A DNA stretch of 64,000 nucleotides. It comes from an uncultured Planctomycetia bacterium. Its GTDB lineage: Bacteria; Omnitrophota; Gorgyraeia; Taenaricolales; CAZCCH01. A program made the position numbers and the translations under genes. Numbering within the stretch: the stretch's first letter is position 1; every line of letters starts with the position of its first letter. The stretch lies in NCBI GenBank assembly GCA_964497315.1, contig CAZCCH010000003.1:23346-87345 (forward strand), given 5' to 3'. The notes beneath the pieces were generated by a model. The model saw only the letters and a list, made by a program, of their open reading frames with translations. It was not told where the DNA came from and did not search any database. Shown here one piece after another: positions 46,806 to 57,101 of the stretch.

Positions 46806-48122
46806 ATGGATTATAGAGAAGCTTTAAAATATCTAAACTCCTTCATAGATTATGAGCGTATAGAAAAATATAGCTATGAGGGAAGTTTTAAACTGGATCG
46901 TGTAAAAAAGCTCCTGAACCTATTAGGTAACCCTCATAGAAGTTTACGCTGTATTCATGTAGCAGGCACAAAGGGCAAGGGTTCTGTTTGTGTGATGACA
47001 GCATATATACTAAAAGAGGCAGGTTTTAAAGTAGGTTTATACACATCGCCCCACCTTCATGATTTTAGAGAAAGGATAAGAATATTAAATTCAAACTCCG
47101 ATGACAATTTAGAATTTGGAGGCATGATAACAAAAGAAAACATTTGCAGGTTAACTGATACAATGAAGCCTTCAATTGAGAAGGTGCAGAAAGAGTTTGA
47201 AGCTGAACCACTAACATTTTTTGAAGTATATACAGCAGTTATGTTTTTGTATTTCAAGCAGAAAAAGATAGATTATGCAGTGATAGAAGTTGGACTTGGG
47301 GGAAGGCTCGATGCCACAAATGCAATAGAAAATCCCCTAGTCTGCTGCATAACGCCTATAAGCTTAGAGCACACAGACAAACTAGGGGTCAATATTGCAA
47401 ACATTGCCAGAGAAAAATCTATGATAATAAAAAAAGGATGCAAGGTTGTATCTGCCCCACAGCGCGAAGAAGTACTTAACCAAATACAGAAACTATGCCA
47501 AAAGAACAGCGTCGAACTTTTCCTTATAGGTAAAGACAAAGATTCTAACTTAAAGGTTAATCTCTTAGGGGAACACCAGCTGATGAACGCCGCTTGTGCA
47601 GTAAAAACAATTAAATGCTTACCTGTTGAGGTAAGAAAAGAGGCAATTCAACGAGGATTGAATCAAGTCCGCTGGCCTGGAAGGTTTGAGGTTCTAGGAG
47701 AAAAACCATACACTGTTGTTGACGGAGCGCAAAATACAGCCAGCGCAGCAGTTTTAGCAGAACAGGTTGGGAAGCTTTTCAGTTTTGATAGACTTGTTTT
47801 GGTAGTGGGTTTTTGTAAGGATAAAGATATTGAGGGCATATGCGAGATCCTTCTAGCTATAAGCAATGAAATAATAGTTACAAAATCCCAGAATCCCAGG
47901 GCAGTAGAACCGAAAGAGATATTTCAAATTATAAGGAATAAAAATTCAAATATACCCCTAACATTAACCGATAATGCTAGGCAAGCAATGAAAATCGCTT
48001 ATCAGAAGGCAAGTGGCAATGATTTAATTCTTATCACAGGCTCTTTATTTGTAGTAGCGGAAACCAGAAAAAAACTCCACCCAAAGGAATCCTTAGATGA
48101 AACAGAAGTTTTATCAAGATGA
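46806..48122 (+). CDS. folC: Folylpolyglutamate synthase / dihydrofolate synthase (Mur-ligase family)
   Basis: The P-loop HVAGTKGKGS and Mur-ligase middle and C-terminal motifs are present. Confidence 0.75.
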   Translation: MDYREALKYLNSFIDYERIEKYSYEGSFKLDRVKKLLNLLGNPHRSLRCIHVAGTKGKGSVCVMTAYILKEAGFKVGLYTSPHLHDFRERIRILNSNSDDNLEFGGMITKENICRLTDTMKPSIEKVQKEFEAEPLTFFEVYTAVMFLYFKQKKIDYAVIEVGLGGRLDATNAIENPLVCCITPISLEHTDKLGVNIANIAREKSMIIKKGCKVVSAPQREEVLNQIQKLCQKNSVELFLIGKDKDSNLKVNLLGEHQLMNAACAVKTIKCLPVEVRKEAIQRGLNQVRWPGRFEVLGEKPYTVVDGAQNTASAAVLAEQVGKLFSFDRLVLVVGFCKDKDIEGICEILLAISNEIIVTKSQNPRAVEPKEIFQIIRNKNSNIPLTLTDNARQAMKIAYQKASGNDLILITGSLFVVAETRKKLHPKESLDETEVLSR

Positions 48123-49485
48123 TACGATTGTAGCAATTTCAACACCACCAGGTGAAGGTGGCATTGGAATAGTCAGGCTAAGCGGCAATGAGGCGCTTTC
48201 AATTGCTGATAAGGTATTCGTCTGTAAAAACAATAAAAAGCCTTCAAGGTTTAACTCTTACACCACGCATTATGGGTGGATTAAGGATGGCGAAGTTATA
48301 GATGAGGTCCTTCTTACAATAATGAAAGCCCCTAAGACTTATACAAAAGAAGATATCGTTGAGATAAACTGCCATAGCGGAATTATCCCTTTAAGAAAGA
48401 CCTTAGAACTTGCATTAAAACATGGAGCAAGAGTAGCCCAACCAGGGGAATTTACAAAGAGGGCCTTTTTAAATGGAAGGATTGATTTATCTCAAGCAGA
48501 GGCGGTTTTGGATGTTGTTGCATCTAAAACTGAACATTCTTTGCGAGCCGCAGTTACGCAACTTAAAGGCGGAATATCTAAAGAAATCAAGGTTATTAGT
48601 AGCTCTTTAGTTGGTATATTAGCCCACATAGAAGCATCTTTAGATTTTCCAGAAGAAGGATTAGAACTAAGTTCAAGAGCGAATACTTTAAAAACTCTAA
48701 AAAAAATAAATTCGCAATTGGAAAATTTATATGAATCCTCATCTTATGGAATGATTATAAAAGAAGGCATTACGACGGTGATAGCAGGCAGGCCTAATGT
48801 AGGAAAATCAAGCCTTTTAAATTCCCTCCTGGGGCAAGATAGAGCCATAGTTACCTCAATAGCCGGTACTACAGTAGATACAATAGAGGAGGTGATAGAT
48901 ATAGATGGAATTCCCGTAAAGGTAGTGGATACAGCAGGCATTATAGAACCAAAAGATTTGATACAAACTCAAGCAGTCAAAAGATCTAATAAATACCTAG
49001 AGAGAGCAGATTTAGTTTTACTCATTTTAGATGCAAGTCAAACAGTTAAAACAGAAGATAAAACTTTAATTGAACGGATAAAGAAAAAGGAATTTATAGT
49101 TGTATTAAATAAAAGGGATCTTAAAAAAAGAATAAATCTAAACAGATTAAAGGCAAAGTTAAAAAATAAAATAACAGTGAATACCTCAGCTACTAAAAAA
49201 ACAGGCCTATCTAGACTTAAAAAGGAAATCTCAAAGACAATCTGGAAGGGCAAGGTAAAATCTTACCCCGATGTAATGATAACTAATGCAAGACATAAAG
49301 AAGCAGTTAGAAAGGCTTTTTTGTGTACAAAGAAAGCATATTCAAATATAGAGAATTGTTTAAGTGAGGAATTTATAGCTGAAGATTTAAAAGAGGCGCT
49401 GAATGAATTAGGTGCTATTACAGGAAATTGTGCCAGAGAAGAAGTTTTGGATAAAATATTTTCAGAGTTTTGCATAGGTAAATAA
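48097..49485 (+). CDS. mnmE: tRNA modification GTPase MnmE (TrmE)
   Basis: The N-terminal domain has GIGIVRLSG, the G-domain has [12 protein letters not shown]...DTAG, and the C-terminal tetrapeptide is CIGK. Confidence 0.8.
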   Translation: MKQKFYQDDTIVAISTPPGEGGIGIVRLSGNEALSIADKVFVCKNNKKPSRFNSYTTHYGWIKDGEVIDEVLLTIMKAPKTYTKEDIVEINCHSGIIPLRKTLELALKHGARVAQPGEFTKRAFLNGRIDLSQAEAVLDVVASKTEHSLRAAVTQLKGGISKEIKVISSSLVGILAHIEASLDFPEEGLELSSRANTLKTLKKINSQLENLYESSSYGMIIKEGITTVIAGRPNVGKSSLLNSLLGQDRAIVTSIAGTTVDTIEEVIDIDGIPVKVVDTAGIIEPKDLIQTQAVKRSNKYLERADLVLLILDASQTVKTEDKTLIERIKKKEFIVVLNKRDLKKRINLNRLKAKLKNKITVNTSATKKTGLSRLKKEISKTIWKGKVKSYPDVMITNARHKEAVRKAFLCTKKAYSNIENCLSEEFIAEDLKEALNELGAITGNCAREEVLDKIFSEFCIGK

Positions 49486-49498
49486 CAAAGGAGTGAAA

Positions 49499-51043
49499 AT
49501 GGATAAGAAGAAAATAGAAGAAGCAGTAAAACAAATACTTAAGGCAATCGGAGATGACCCCAAAAGAGAAGGTCTTAAAGCCACACCAAAACGCGTTGCT
49601 GAAATGTATGAGGAGATTTTTAGTGGCATAAAACAAGACCCTAAAAAAGAATTGGAGGTTATATTTGAGCATGAGCACGATGAGGTAATCCTTTTAAAGG
49701 GCATACCTTTGTATTCTATATGTGAGCACCACCTCGTTCCCTTTATAGGTAAAGCGCATGTAGCATATATACCAGAGGGTAATAGGGTAACCGGTTTAAG
49801 TAAATTAGCAAGGGTTGTAGATATTTTATCAAAAAAGCCGCAGGTCCAGGAGAGATTGACGACGCAGATTGCAGAGATAATTATGAAAAAATTAAAACCA
49901 AAGGGCGTTTTGGTGGTATTAGAAGCAGAACACCTTTGTTACGATAAAAAAACGGAAATTTTGACAGAAGCTGGATGGAAATTTTTTAAAAAGCTAGAAA
50001 AAAATGATAAAGTAGCTCAGGTAGATATGCCTACTAGAGAGTTATCTTTTGTTAAGCCCAAAAAAATTATTTCATATAACTATAGTGGTGAAATGGTAAA
50101 TGTGAATAGCTTATCCGTAAATCTTTTAGTTACGCCAGACCACAGATTTTGCTATTGTTCAGATTGGAGTTTTTACAATCACCAAGAACCTAACTTCAAG
50201 ATAGGAGTCGCCAGAGAATTGGTAAAAAAGTACGTAGTAATTCCCAGGGCATGCAACTGGGGCGGAAAAAGTTGTGGTAGTATAAAAATCGGAAGGTATA
50301 ACATCGCTTTTAAAAAATTCGCCCAACTATTTGGCATATGGGTTGGCGAGGGCTGTGTTACACACGCTGGAAAAAGGAAATTTTTTGTTGTATCGCAGAG
50401 CCCTAATTCACCACATTTTAAAAATATTAATAGTTTATTTGATAGTCTTAGAATAAAATACATAAAAGCCAAAAGCGGAAAAACGATACAATTTCGTATA
50501 GAAAGTAACGATTTTTATAATTATTTTAAACAGTTTGGCAAGTCAGATAAAAAATTCGTCCCGAAAATAATTAAAAATTCATCACCCCATTATTTAAAAA
50601 TATTTTTAGATTGGTATGTAAAAGGCGATGGTCATATAAAGAAAAATGGAGCTTATCATTTTGTATCTAAATCAGAAAAATTAATAGATGACCTTCAGGA
50701 GATATGTATTAAATTAGGCATGGGTTGTACAAAACAAAATAATAAAAACCATTACAGAATGGAGACCCACAAGGCAAAAAGTGGAATGGATAAGTGGTAT
50801 TCTAGATTAATACCAGAAAATTTTTCTATAACGCATTATAAAGGAAAGATATATTGCGTTTCGGTTCCCAAGGGACTAATTTTAGTACGCAGGATGGGAC
50901 GGGTTGCCGTTTGCGGCAACTGCATGTCTATGAGGGGAGTAAAAAAACCAGGGATTTTAACTGTAACAAGTGCGGTGCGAGGAATTTTTAGGGAAAATGA
51001 AAAAACTAGGGCAGAGGCCCTTTCTTTAATCGGACAAAGATGA
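49499..51043 (+). CDS. folE: GTP cyclohydrolase I (FolE) interrupted by an intein
   Basis: The extein reads ...ICEHHLVPF...VVLEAEHL|(intein)|[23 protein letters not shown]... An RBS (aaggag) lies 5 nt upstream of the ATG at 49499. The track ORF starts at the GTG at 49493. Confidence 0.8.
   Translation: MDKKKIEEAVKQILKAIGDDPKREGLKATPKRVAEMYEEIFSGIKQDPKKELEVIFEHEHDEVILLKGIPLYSICEHHLVPFIGKAHVAYIPEGNRVTGLSKLARVVDILSKKPQVQERLTTQIAEIIMKKLKPKGVLVVLEAEHLCYDKKTEILTEAGWKFFKKLEKNDKVAQVDMPTRELSFVKPKKIISYNYSGEMVNVNSLSVNLLVTPDHRFCYCSDWSFYNHQEPNFKIGVARELVKKYVVIPRACNWGGKSCGSIKIGRYNIAFKKFAQLFGIWVGEGCVTHAGKRKFFVVSQSPNSPHFKNINSLFDSLRIKYIKAKSGKTIQFRIESNDFYNYFKQFGKSDKKFVPKIIKNSSPHYLKIFLDWYVKGDGHIKKNGAYHFVSKSEKLIDDLQEICIKLGMGCTKQNNKNHYRMETHKAKSGMDKWYSRLIPENFSITHYKGKIYCVSVPKGLILVRRMGRVAVCGNCMSMRGVKKPGILTVTSAVRGIFRENEKTRAEALSLIGQR
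49937..50920 (+). mobile_element. Intein (328 aa) with a LAGLIDADG homing-endonuclease domain in folE. The C-terminal residues are GN rather than the usual HN.
   Basis: It starts with Cys (EAEHL|[14 protein letters not shown]) and ends ...GRVAVCGN|CMSMRGV. LAGLIDADG-like blocks [10 protein letters not shown] and [11 protein letters not shown] are present. It sits inside the conserved EAxHxCMxMRGV active-site motif. Confidence 0.75.
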
Positions 51044-52728
51044 AAAGACATCGCCAGTTTGTTATTTTAATTTTTCTCCTGGCTTTAAGTTTACGTTTAA
51101 TTTATTTAATAGAAGTAGAAAAAAATCCATTTTTTTATCCACAAACAAAAGGGTTAGATGGATTTTTTTATCATGAATTAGCAAAAGATTTAAAAGCTGG
51201 ACTTTGGCCATCTGAAGGACTTTCACAAGGATTACCTTTTTATCCTTATTTAATTTCTTTTATATACAAAATTTTTGGTGTTAATTCCTACCTGGTAAGG
51301 TTTCTACAAATATTTTTAGGAAGCCTTAGTTGCATTTTTATTTATTTTATAGCGCATAAGGCCTTTAAAGATATAAGGGTAGCTAGAGTTTCTTCGTTAC
51401 TGGCAGCTTGTTATGGACCGTTTCTGTTTTTTGAAGGACTTTTAGTTCCTACTTCCTTAGCTATATTCTTAATATGTGCCTCATTAATGTTGCTTTTACA
51501 TTTTTTTGAATCGAAGAAACTACTAACACTTTTTCTGGCAGGTTTATTGCTCGGATGTTCATTACTAACGAGTTCTGTCATTTTACCATTTATCCTATGT
51601 GTTCCCATATGGCTCATATGGATTTTAAAAGGAAAACAAAGGATAATCGCTCTTTTCTTTTATTTATTGGCTGTATCTTTACCAATGTTGTTATTATCAA
51701 CTAAAAATCTTACCACACAACAAGACATGAGATTATTTGCAATGCACGGTGGGATAAACTTTTATATCGGCAATAACCCAACTGCAGATGGGACCTTTAG
51801 GAGCCCTCATGGCTTTACCCCCAACGCAAATGGATTGATAAAAGATTCTAGCTTGTATGCTAAGAAATTATCGAAAGAAAAGAATTTATCCTATAAAGAT
51901 ATTTCAAGGTTTTGGTACAAGGAGGCATTTAAATTTATACGCAAAAACCCAAAGGCATATTTAAAATTAAACTGGCGTAAATTTTTACTTTTCTTTAATG
52001 CAAAAGAATTACATGATGTGGCAGACTACAATTTTTACAAAAAACATTCTCTTATTTTAAGAAAATTCACATTACACCTTAGTGTGATTTTGGGGTTTTG
52101 TGTATTTGGTTTGATTTTAAATCTTAAAAGATTTAAACGCCTTAGCTTGTTTTATGTATTAACTTTTTCAACTCTCGCATCTTGTGTTTTGTTTTTTGTA
52201 AATTCAAGGTACCGCATGTTAACAATTTGTCCACTTTTAATATTCTGCGCCTATACGTTGATATGGTTGTTTGATAACTTAAAGCGAAAAAGCTTCAAGA
52301 GGATTTTTATTTCTGTATGTGTTATTGTGGTGTTATTTTTTTTAACAAATATCAAGATCATAACTTCCAGCAATACGACCACAACTGCCTATAATCTATC
52401 CGTAGTTTATGCAAGTTCAGGCAACATAGATAAGGCTATAACAGAATGTGAAAAATTACTTAGCGTACATCCTGATTTAGCCCCAGCCCATTTTAATCTA
52501 GGTGTTTGTTTTTATAAAAGAGGACAGCTATATAAAGCAAGGAAAGAATTTAAGATATGTATAAAACTAGACAATGACTATCGTGATGCCTATTTCAACC
52601 TGGGAGTAATCTATTATAAACAGGGCAAGTACAAGGAGGCCTTAGATTATTTCAATGAGGTACTTTCACGAGATCCCGATGACCAACCAACAAGGAATTA
52701 CCTAACAGAGATACAAAGAGTAAAATAA
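51040..52728 (+). CDS. Membrane glycosyltransferase (PMT/ArnT-like, GT-C fold) with C-terminal TPR repeats
   Basis: About 11 TM helices are followed by TPR-like repeats ([18 protein letters not shown]..., [14 protein letters not shown]..., [19 protein letters not shown]). Confidence 0.5.
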   Translation: MKRHRQFVILIFLLALSLRLIYLIEVEKNPFFYPQTKGLDGFFYHELAKDLKAGLWPSEGLSQGLPFYPYLISFIYKIFGVNSYLVRFLQIFLGSLSCIFIYFIAHKAFKDIRVARVSSLLAACYGPFLFFEGLLVPTSLAIFLICASLMLLLHFFESKKLLTLFLAGLLLGCSLLTSSVILPFILCVPIWLIWILKGKQRIIALFFYLLAVSLPMLLLSTKNLTTQQDMRLFAMHGGINFYIGNNPTADGTFRSPHGFTPNANGLIKDSSLYAKKLSKEKNLSYKDISRFWYKEAFKFIRKNPKAYLKLNWRKFLLFFNAKELHDVADYNFYKKHSLILRKFTLHLSVILGFCVFGLILNLKRFKRLSLFYVLTFSTLASCVLFFVNSRYRMLTICPLLIFCAYTLIWLFDNLKRKSFKRIFISVCVIVVLFFLTNIKIITSSNTTTTAYNLSVVYASSGNIDKAITECEKLLSVHPDLAPAHFNLGVCFYKRGQLYKARKEFKICIKLDNDYRDAYFNLGVIYYKQGKYKEALDYFNEVLSRDPDDQPTRNYLTEIQRVK

Positions 52729-52748
52729 AGACACTCATAATATAAGGC

Positions 52749-52777
52749 TTGCACTTTTGAGCTAATTGTACTATAAT
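52749..52777 (+). promoter_or_regulatory. sigma70-like promoter (TTGCAC-17-TATAAT) for pilT
   Basis: ttgcac lies at 52749-52754 and tataat at 52772-52777. This is the first real intergenic gap after about 16 kb of coupled genes. Confidence 0.5.
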
Positions 52778-52788
52778 TATCTATTAAA

Positions 52789-53838
52789 ATGGACATCAAA
52801 CAACTACTTCAACTAGCTATGACCGCAGAGGCATCAGATCTTCATCTGACGGCAAATTCACCTCCTATCATCAGGGTAGATGGCAGCTTAAGGACATTGA
52901 AAGATATAGGCAATTTAGACGAAGATGCCATCAAGCGGATGATATATGATATTCTTACTGACCAACAGAAGGAACAATTTAAAAAAGAACTAGAATTAGA
53001 TTTTTCTACTTCTGTCCCTGGAATTGTACGATTGCGCGTAAATGTCCATAAACAAAAGGGTTTCGTTGAGGCGGCCTTTAGATTAATCCCATCTAAAATA
53101 ATGTCGCTTGGAGAACTTGGCATGCCTGATGTGGTAGGGAATTTAGCAAGAAGGTCTCACGGATTAGTTTTAGTTACGGGTCCAGCAGGTACTGGTAAGT
53201 CTACTACTTTAGCAGCTCTGATTGACATGATAAATACAGAGAAGAGTTGCGTAATAGTGACCATAGAAGACCCAATAGAGTTTGTTTTTAAAAGCAAAAA
53301 ATCCATAATAAAACAAAGAGAAGTCGGCAAAGACACTACTTCTTTTACTAGGGCGCTTAAGGCAGTCTTAAGACAAGACCCTAATGTGATAATGGTTGGG
53401 GAAATGAGAGATTTAGAAACTATTTCTACTGTTATAACAGCAGCAGAGACAGGTCATCTTGTCTTAAGTACCCTTCACACCACAAATGCTCCAAATACTA
53501 TAGACCGCTTGATAGATGTATTTCCAGATACCCAGCAACAGCAGATAAAAATGCAATTGTCCGGTTGCCTTCAAGGTATAATTAGCCAGCAGTTGTTGCC
53601 TAGGACAGATGGCAAGGGTAGGACTATGGCTTGTGAAGTTTTGGTTGCTACAACAGCCGTCCGGCAACTTATTAAGCAACACCAGACCGAACAACTCCCC
53701 AGGATTATAGAGACAGGCGCTGAATTTGGTATGGTTTCAATGGATAAGAGCTTGAAGGGGTTAGTTAAAGAAGGAGTTATTACTAATAAAACTGCTATGT
53801 CTAAGGTTCATGACATAGAAATGTTTGAGAGCTATTAA
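52789..53838 (+). CDS. pilT: Type IV pilus retraction ATPase PilT (twitching motility)
   Basis: Walker A GPAGTGKST is present together with PilT-type His and Asp boxes. It is 349 aa. Confidence 0.8.
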   Translation: MDIKQLLQLAMTAEASDLHLTANSPPIIRVDGSLRTLKDIGNLDEDAIKRMIYDILTDQQKEQFKKELELDFSTSVPGIVRLRVNVHKQKGFVEAAFRLIPSKIMSLGELGMPDVVGNLARRSHGLVLVTGPAGTGKSTTLAALIDMINTEKSCVIVTIEDPIEFVFKSKKSIIKQREVGKDTTSFTRALKAVLRQDPNVIMVGEMRDLETISTVITAAETGHLVLSTLHTTNAPNTIDRLIDVFPDTQQQQIKMQLSGCLQGIISQQLLPRTDGKGRTMACEVLVATTAVRQLIKQHQTEQLPRIIETGAEFGMVSMDKSLKGLVKEGVITNKTAMSKVHDIEMFESY

Positions 53839-53839
53839 A

Positions 53840-54289
53840 ATGGAAAATCCTGTAATTATCGTTTTTCAGAATAAGATATTTTTACTCACGCTTTTTTCTT
53901 GGCTGACCGCACAGTGTATAAAGATTGGGCTTGGCGTTATATTTGAGAAAAAGTTCAACTTTAAATGGCTCCTAGGTACAGGTGGCATGCCTAGTGCCCA
54001 TGCAGCTGCAGTTACTGCACTTGCCTTTTCTGTGGGGTTAGAAATTGGATATGACACCCCTTTGTTTATAGCAACATTTGTTTTTGCATTTATAACTATG
54101 TTTGATGCTCAGGGGGTAAGAAGGGCTGCAGGCAAACAGGCAGCCGTATTAAATAAAATGGTAGATGAACTTTACCAGAAAATGGAGATAGAACCCGAAA
54201 GGCTAAAAGAACTTTTAGGTCATACCCCTATTGAAGTATTTGCAGGAGCCTTTTTAGGGATGATGATAGCATTAATCTTTGGAGGTTAA
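53840..54289 (+). CDS. Divergent PAP2 / DUF212 (YuiD-like) membrane protein
   Basis: Translation ...GGMPSAHAAAVTALAFSVGLEIGYDTPLFIATFVFAFITMFDAQGVRRAAGKQAAVLNKM... is the characteristic DUF212 core. Confidence 0.6.
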   Translation: MENPVIIVFQNKIFLLTLFSWLTAQCIKIGLGVIFEKKFNFKWLLGTGGMPSAHAAAVTALAFSVGLEIGYDTPLFIATFVFAFITMFDAQGVRRAAGKQAAVLNKMVDELYQKMEIEPERLKELLGHTPIEVFAGAFLGMMIALIFGG

Positions 54290-54297
54290 AAAGAAAG

Positions 54298-55203
54298 ATG
54301 AACAGAAGACTTGTCATAATTATTCTATCCTGCGTTGTGATTGGTGTAATTTTAATTATGGCTACCGGAGCCAGGAGGATTTTATTCCCAGATAAAGCAG
54401 AAAGGCTTTTTAATCAGGCAAAGGAAACTTTTGAAAATAAAGCTTTTGATATGGCTATTAAAGACTATCAAAACATAATTGAAAAATATCCAAAATCAAA
54501 ATGGGTTGGCAAAAGCTTTATTGGGTTAGCTGAGAGTTTTAAAACGCAAGGCCGCTTACTAGAAGCCAAAGATGCCTACAAGAATGCCTTAACAAAAGTA
54601 TCAAGTAGTAAGTTAGTGAAGAATATCAAGAAAAATTTAGAAAAGCTAAATATGGAAATTTTATTTTCTTCCATCATAACTAAAGATAGCATTGCATATG
54701 GTGTGCAGCCAGGGGATACCCTAATTGCAATAGCCAGGCGTTTTAATACTACAGTTAATCTTATAAAAAGGTCCAATGGATTAAAAACCTCTTTGATAAA
54801 ACCGGGTACGGACTTAAAAATCTCTAAGGCAAAGTTTAGCGTAATCGTCGACAAATCTCAAAATACCTTAAGTTTGAAAGTGGGTGAGGAGGTATATAAA
54901 ATTTACCCCGTTTCTACAGGAGAAGGTAGCTCTACCCCAATAGGAATTTTTTGCGCAACAGATAAGTTAAGAAATCCTGTATGGTTTACTACGGGAGCAA
55001 TAGTTCCTCCTGATAGCCCGGAGAATATTTTGGGTACGAGATGGATTGGTATTTCAAAACAAGGCTATGGTATTCATGGCACAACAGAACCACAAACTAT
55101 AGGCACGCACGTAACAAAAGGCTGTGTTAGGATGCACAATCGTGACGTAGAAGAACTTTTTGACATATTGCCTGCTGGTGCCGAAGTGGTTATTGTAGAT
55201 TAA
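54298..55203 (+). CDS. L,D-transpeptidase (YkuD domain) with a LysM domain
   Basis: LysM reads YGVQPGDTLIAIARRFNTTVNLIKRSNGL. The catalytic motif reads GIHGTTEPQTIGTHVTKGCVRMHN (His...Cys). Confidence 0.7.
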   Translation: MNRRLVIIILSCVVIGVILIMATGARRILFPDKAERLFNQAKETFENKAFDMAIKDYQNIIEKYPKSKWVGKSFIGLAESFKTQGRLLEAKDAYKNALTKVSSSKLVKNIKKNLEKLNMEILFSSIITKDSIAYGVQPGDTLIAIARRFNTTVNLIKRSNGLKTSLIKPGTDLKISKAKFSVIVDKSQNTLSLKVGEEVYKIYPVSTGEGSSTPIGIFCATDKLRNPVWFTTGAIVPPDSPENILGTRWIGISKQGYGIHGTTEPQTIGTHVTKGCVRMHNRDVEELFDILPAGAEVVIVD

Positions 55204-55205
55204 AA

Positions 55206-56159
55206 ATGAATGGCACTTTAGATTTTGAAAGACCAATTATAGAGCTTGAGCGAAAGATAGAAGAACTGAAGAAATTTACCTCTGGTGAAAAGCTTGAGTT
55301 CAAAGATGAAATAAAAAAGCTAGAAGAAAAGCTTGCAAAGATAAAAGTTACTACCTATAAAGACCTTACCCCCTGGCAAAGAGTTCAGCTAGCCCGCCAT
55401 CCTAAAAGGCCTTACACATTAGACTACATAGATATGATAATGTCTGATTTTGTTGAGTTCCATGGTGATGGATTGTTTTCAGATGACAAGGCACTCGTTG
55501 CAGGTTTTGCTAGGCTTAATGGAATAAAACTTGCCATAATGGGTCATCAAAAAGGCAGGGACACAAAAGAGAACTTAATGAGAAACTTCGGGAGTGCCCA
55601 CCCCGAAGGCTATAGAAAAGCAATGCGGATTATGAAGCTGGCTGAAAAATTCAAACTTCCAATAGTCGTGTTCATTGATACACCTGGTGCATACCCAGGC
55701 ATAGGAGCTGAAGAAAGGGGACAGGCAGAGGCCATAGCTAAAAATTTAGAACAGATGATAATGGTTAAAGTCCCCATAGTTATCTTTGTTATTGGAGAAG
55801 GTGGTTCAGGAGGTGCCTTAGGGGTAGGTATTGGAGATCGTTTGTGTATATTAGAAAATGCTTATTATTCTGTAATCTCTCCTGAAGGGTGTGCGGCAAT
55901 TCTTTGGAAGGACAGGGCCAAGGCCCCTGAAGCTGCCAAGGCACTTAAATTGACAGCAAAGGATTTATTGGAATTAGGTGTTGCAGATGAGATTATAGAA
56001 GAGCCGCTGGGCGGAGCTCATCGTGAGGCCCAAAAGGTAGCCAGTAATATAAAAGAGGCTATAAAGCGAAACCTATCAGAACTTGCCAAGCTTTCCGAAC
56101 AACAACTGCTTAAATCAAGATACGAAAAATTTAGAAAGATAGGTGTGTTTAAGGAATAA
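55206..56159 (+). CDS. accA: Acetyl-CoA carboxylase carboxyltransferase subunit alpha
   Basis: Translation ...ARHPKRPYTLDYI...GFARLNG...FIDTPGAYPGIGAEERGQAEAIA... is collinear with AccA. It is 317 aa. Confidence 0.8.
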   Translation: MNGTLDFERPIIELERKIEELKKFTSGEKLEFKDEIKKLEEKLAKIKVTTYKDLTPWQRVQLARHPKRPYTLDYIDMIMSDFVEFHGDGLFSDDKALVAGFARLNGIKLAIMGHQKGRDTKENLMRNFGSAHPEGYRKAMRIMKLAEKFKLPIVVFIDTPGAYPGIGAEERGQAEAIAKNLEQMIMVKVPIVIFVIGEGGSGGALGVGIGDRLCILENAYYSVISPEGCAAILWKDRAKAPEAAKALKLTAKDLLELGVADEIIEEPLGGAHREAQKVASNIKEAIKRNLSELAKLSEQQLLKSRYEKFRKIGVFKE

Positions 56160-56164
56160 ACCTC

Positions 56165-56251
56165 GCCGGAGTGATGAAATTGGCAGACATGCGGGTCTCA
56201 AAAACCCGTGGGGTTAAACCCGTGTCGGTTCGACTCCGACCTCCGGCACCA
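56165..56251 (+). tRNA. tRNA-Leu(CAA), class II with a long variable arm, CCA encoded
   Basis: The acceptor is gccggag / ctccggc, the D-stem is atg / cat, the anticodon stem is cgggt / acccg with loop ctCAAaa, there is a long variable arm, and the T-arm is gtcgg-ttcgact-ccgac. Confidence 0.8.
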
Positions 56252-56289
56252 TTAAATATTTCGTACCCCTGATCTTTATAATAATATAG

Positions 56290-56318
56290 TTGACATAGCT
56301 ATTCAGATATAGTATAAT
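56290..56318 (+). promoter_or_regulatory. Perfect-consensus sigma70 promoter (TTGACA-17-TATAAT) directly upstream of the HTH/LAGLIDADG-like ORF
   Basis: ttgaca lies at 56290-56295 and tataat at 56313-56318. The ATG at 56327 is only 8 nt downstream of the -10, so the transcript would be leaderless or near-leaderless, and there is no SD. Confidence 0.55.
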
Positions 56319-56326
56319 CTATAGCT

Positions 56327-57001
56327 ATGAGGAAGAAAACCAGTAAAATCAGAAGCAAGGCGATAAGCTTAAGAAGAAAAGGCCACTCTCTTTTAGAAAT
56401 ATCCAATATTCTCAATACTCCTAGAACTACAATACAGGGATGGGTTAACAATATAAAGCTCACAAAGAAGCAAGAAACCCGCCTGTTTAAAAAAGCATTA
56501 GAATGCGGAAAAAAAGGACTAGAAAAAGCCTTAATAGTAAATAAGAAGAAAAAAGAACAGTGGAAAAATGAGATTATTTGCAAGGCAAAAAGATTTAAGA
56601 GTGTCTTTGACAAAGAAAGTGATGTAGCAAAGTTAATATGCGGGGTATTATATATTTGTGAAGGAGCAAAATACCCATCTTCCAGACAACTGATTTTTGC
56701 AAATTCCGATGAGAGAATGATAAAGGTATTTTTAGATTTATTAAGAAAAAATTTTGATATTGATGAAAAAAAATTCAGATGTAGGGTAACACATAGATAC
56801 GACCAAAAAGGGGATTTATTAAGCAAGTACTGGTCGAATTTGACTAAAATCCCATTAGCACAGTTTTATAAAACTTACAAAGATAAGCGCACCAGAGGAA
56901 AGGTTACTAAGAAAAAAGGCTACAAAGGAATTTGCGCGCTTTGTTATTTGAGCGCCGATTTGCAATATGAAATTCAATCAATAGGAGAGACTATCTATTG
57001 A
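56327..57001 (+). CDS. HTH-domain protein with a LAGLIDADG-like homing-endonuclease-type core, free-standing between two tRNA genes
   Basis: The N-terminus GHSLLEISNILNTPRTTIQGWV is a helix-turn-helix. The central ...LICGVLYICEGAKY...LIFANSDERMIKVFLDLLRKNF... resembles a single-motif LAGLIDADG block, in the same style as the two intein endonucleases. It is Lys-rich. Confidence 0.45.
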   Translation: MRKKTSKIRSKAISLRRKGHSLLEISNILNTPRTTIQGWVNNIKLTKKQETRLFKKALECGKKGLEKALIVNKKKKEQWKNEIICKAKRFKSVFDKESDVAKLICGVLYICEGAKYPSSRQLIFANSDERMIKVFLDLLRKNFDIDEKKFRCRVTHRYDQKGDLLSKYWSNLTKIPLAQFYKTYKDKRTRGKVTKKKGYKGICALCYLSADLQYEIQSIGETIY

Positions 57002-57009
57002 AAATATGT

Positions 57010-57083
57010 GGGGCTGTGGTGAAATGGGATCACATCACAATGGCATTGTGATATTACGGGTTCGACTCCCGTCAGCTCCACCA
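57010..57083 (+). tRNA. tRNA-Ala(GGC), CCA encoded
   Basis: The acceptor is ggggctg / cagctcc with the G3:U70 Ala identity pair. The D-stem is gtga / tcac, the anticodon stem is tcaca / tgtga with loop atGGCat, and the T-arm is acggg-ttcgact-cccgt. Confidence 0.8.
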
Positions 57084-57101
57084 ATTTGTTTTTTATAAAC
57101 C

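Noticed and set aside
56299-56826. 175-aa minus-strand ORF overlapping the HTH/LAGLIDADG-like ORF
   Set aside because: The + strand ORF has a consensus promoter correctly oriented and recognisable HTH and LAGLIDADG-like features. The minus ORF is hydrophobic junk. The choice is not experimentally settled.
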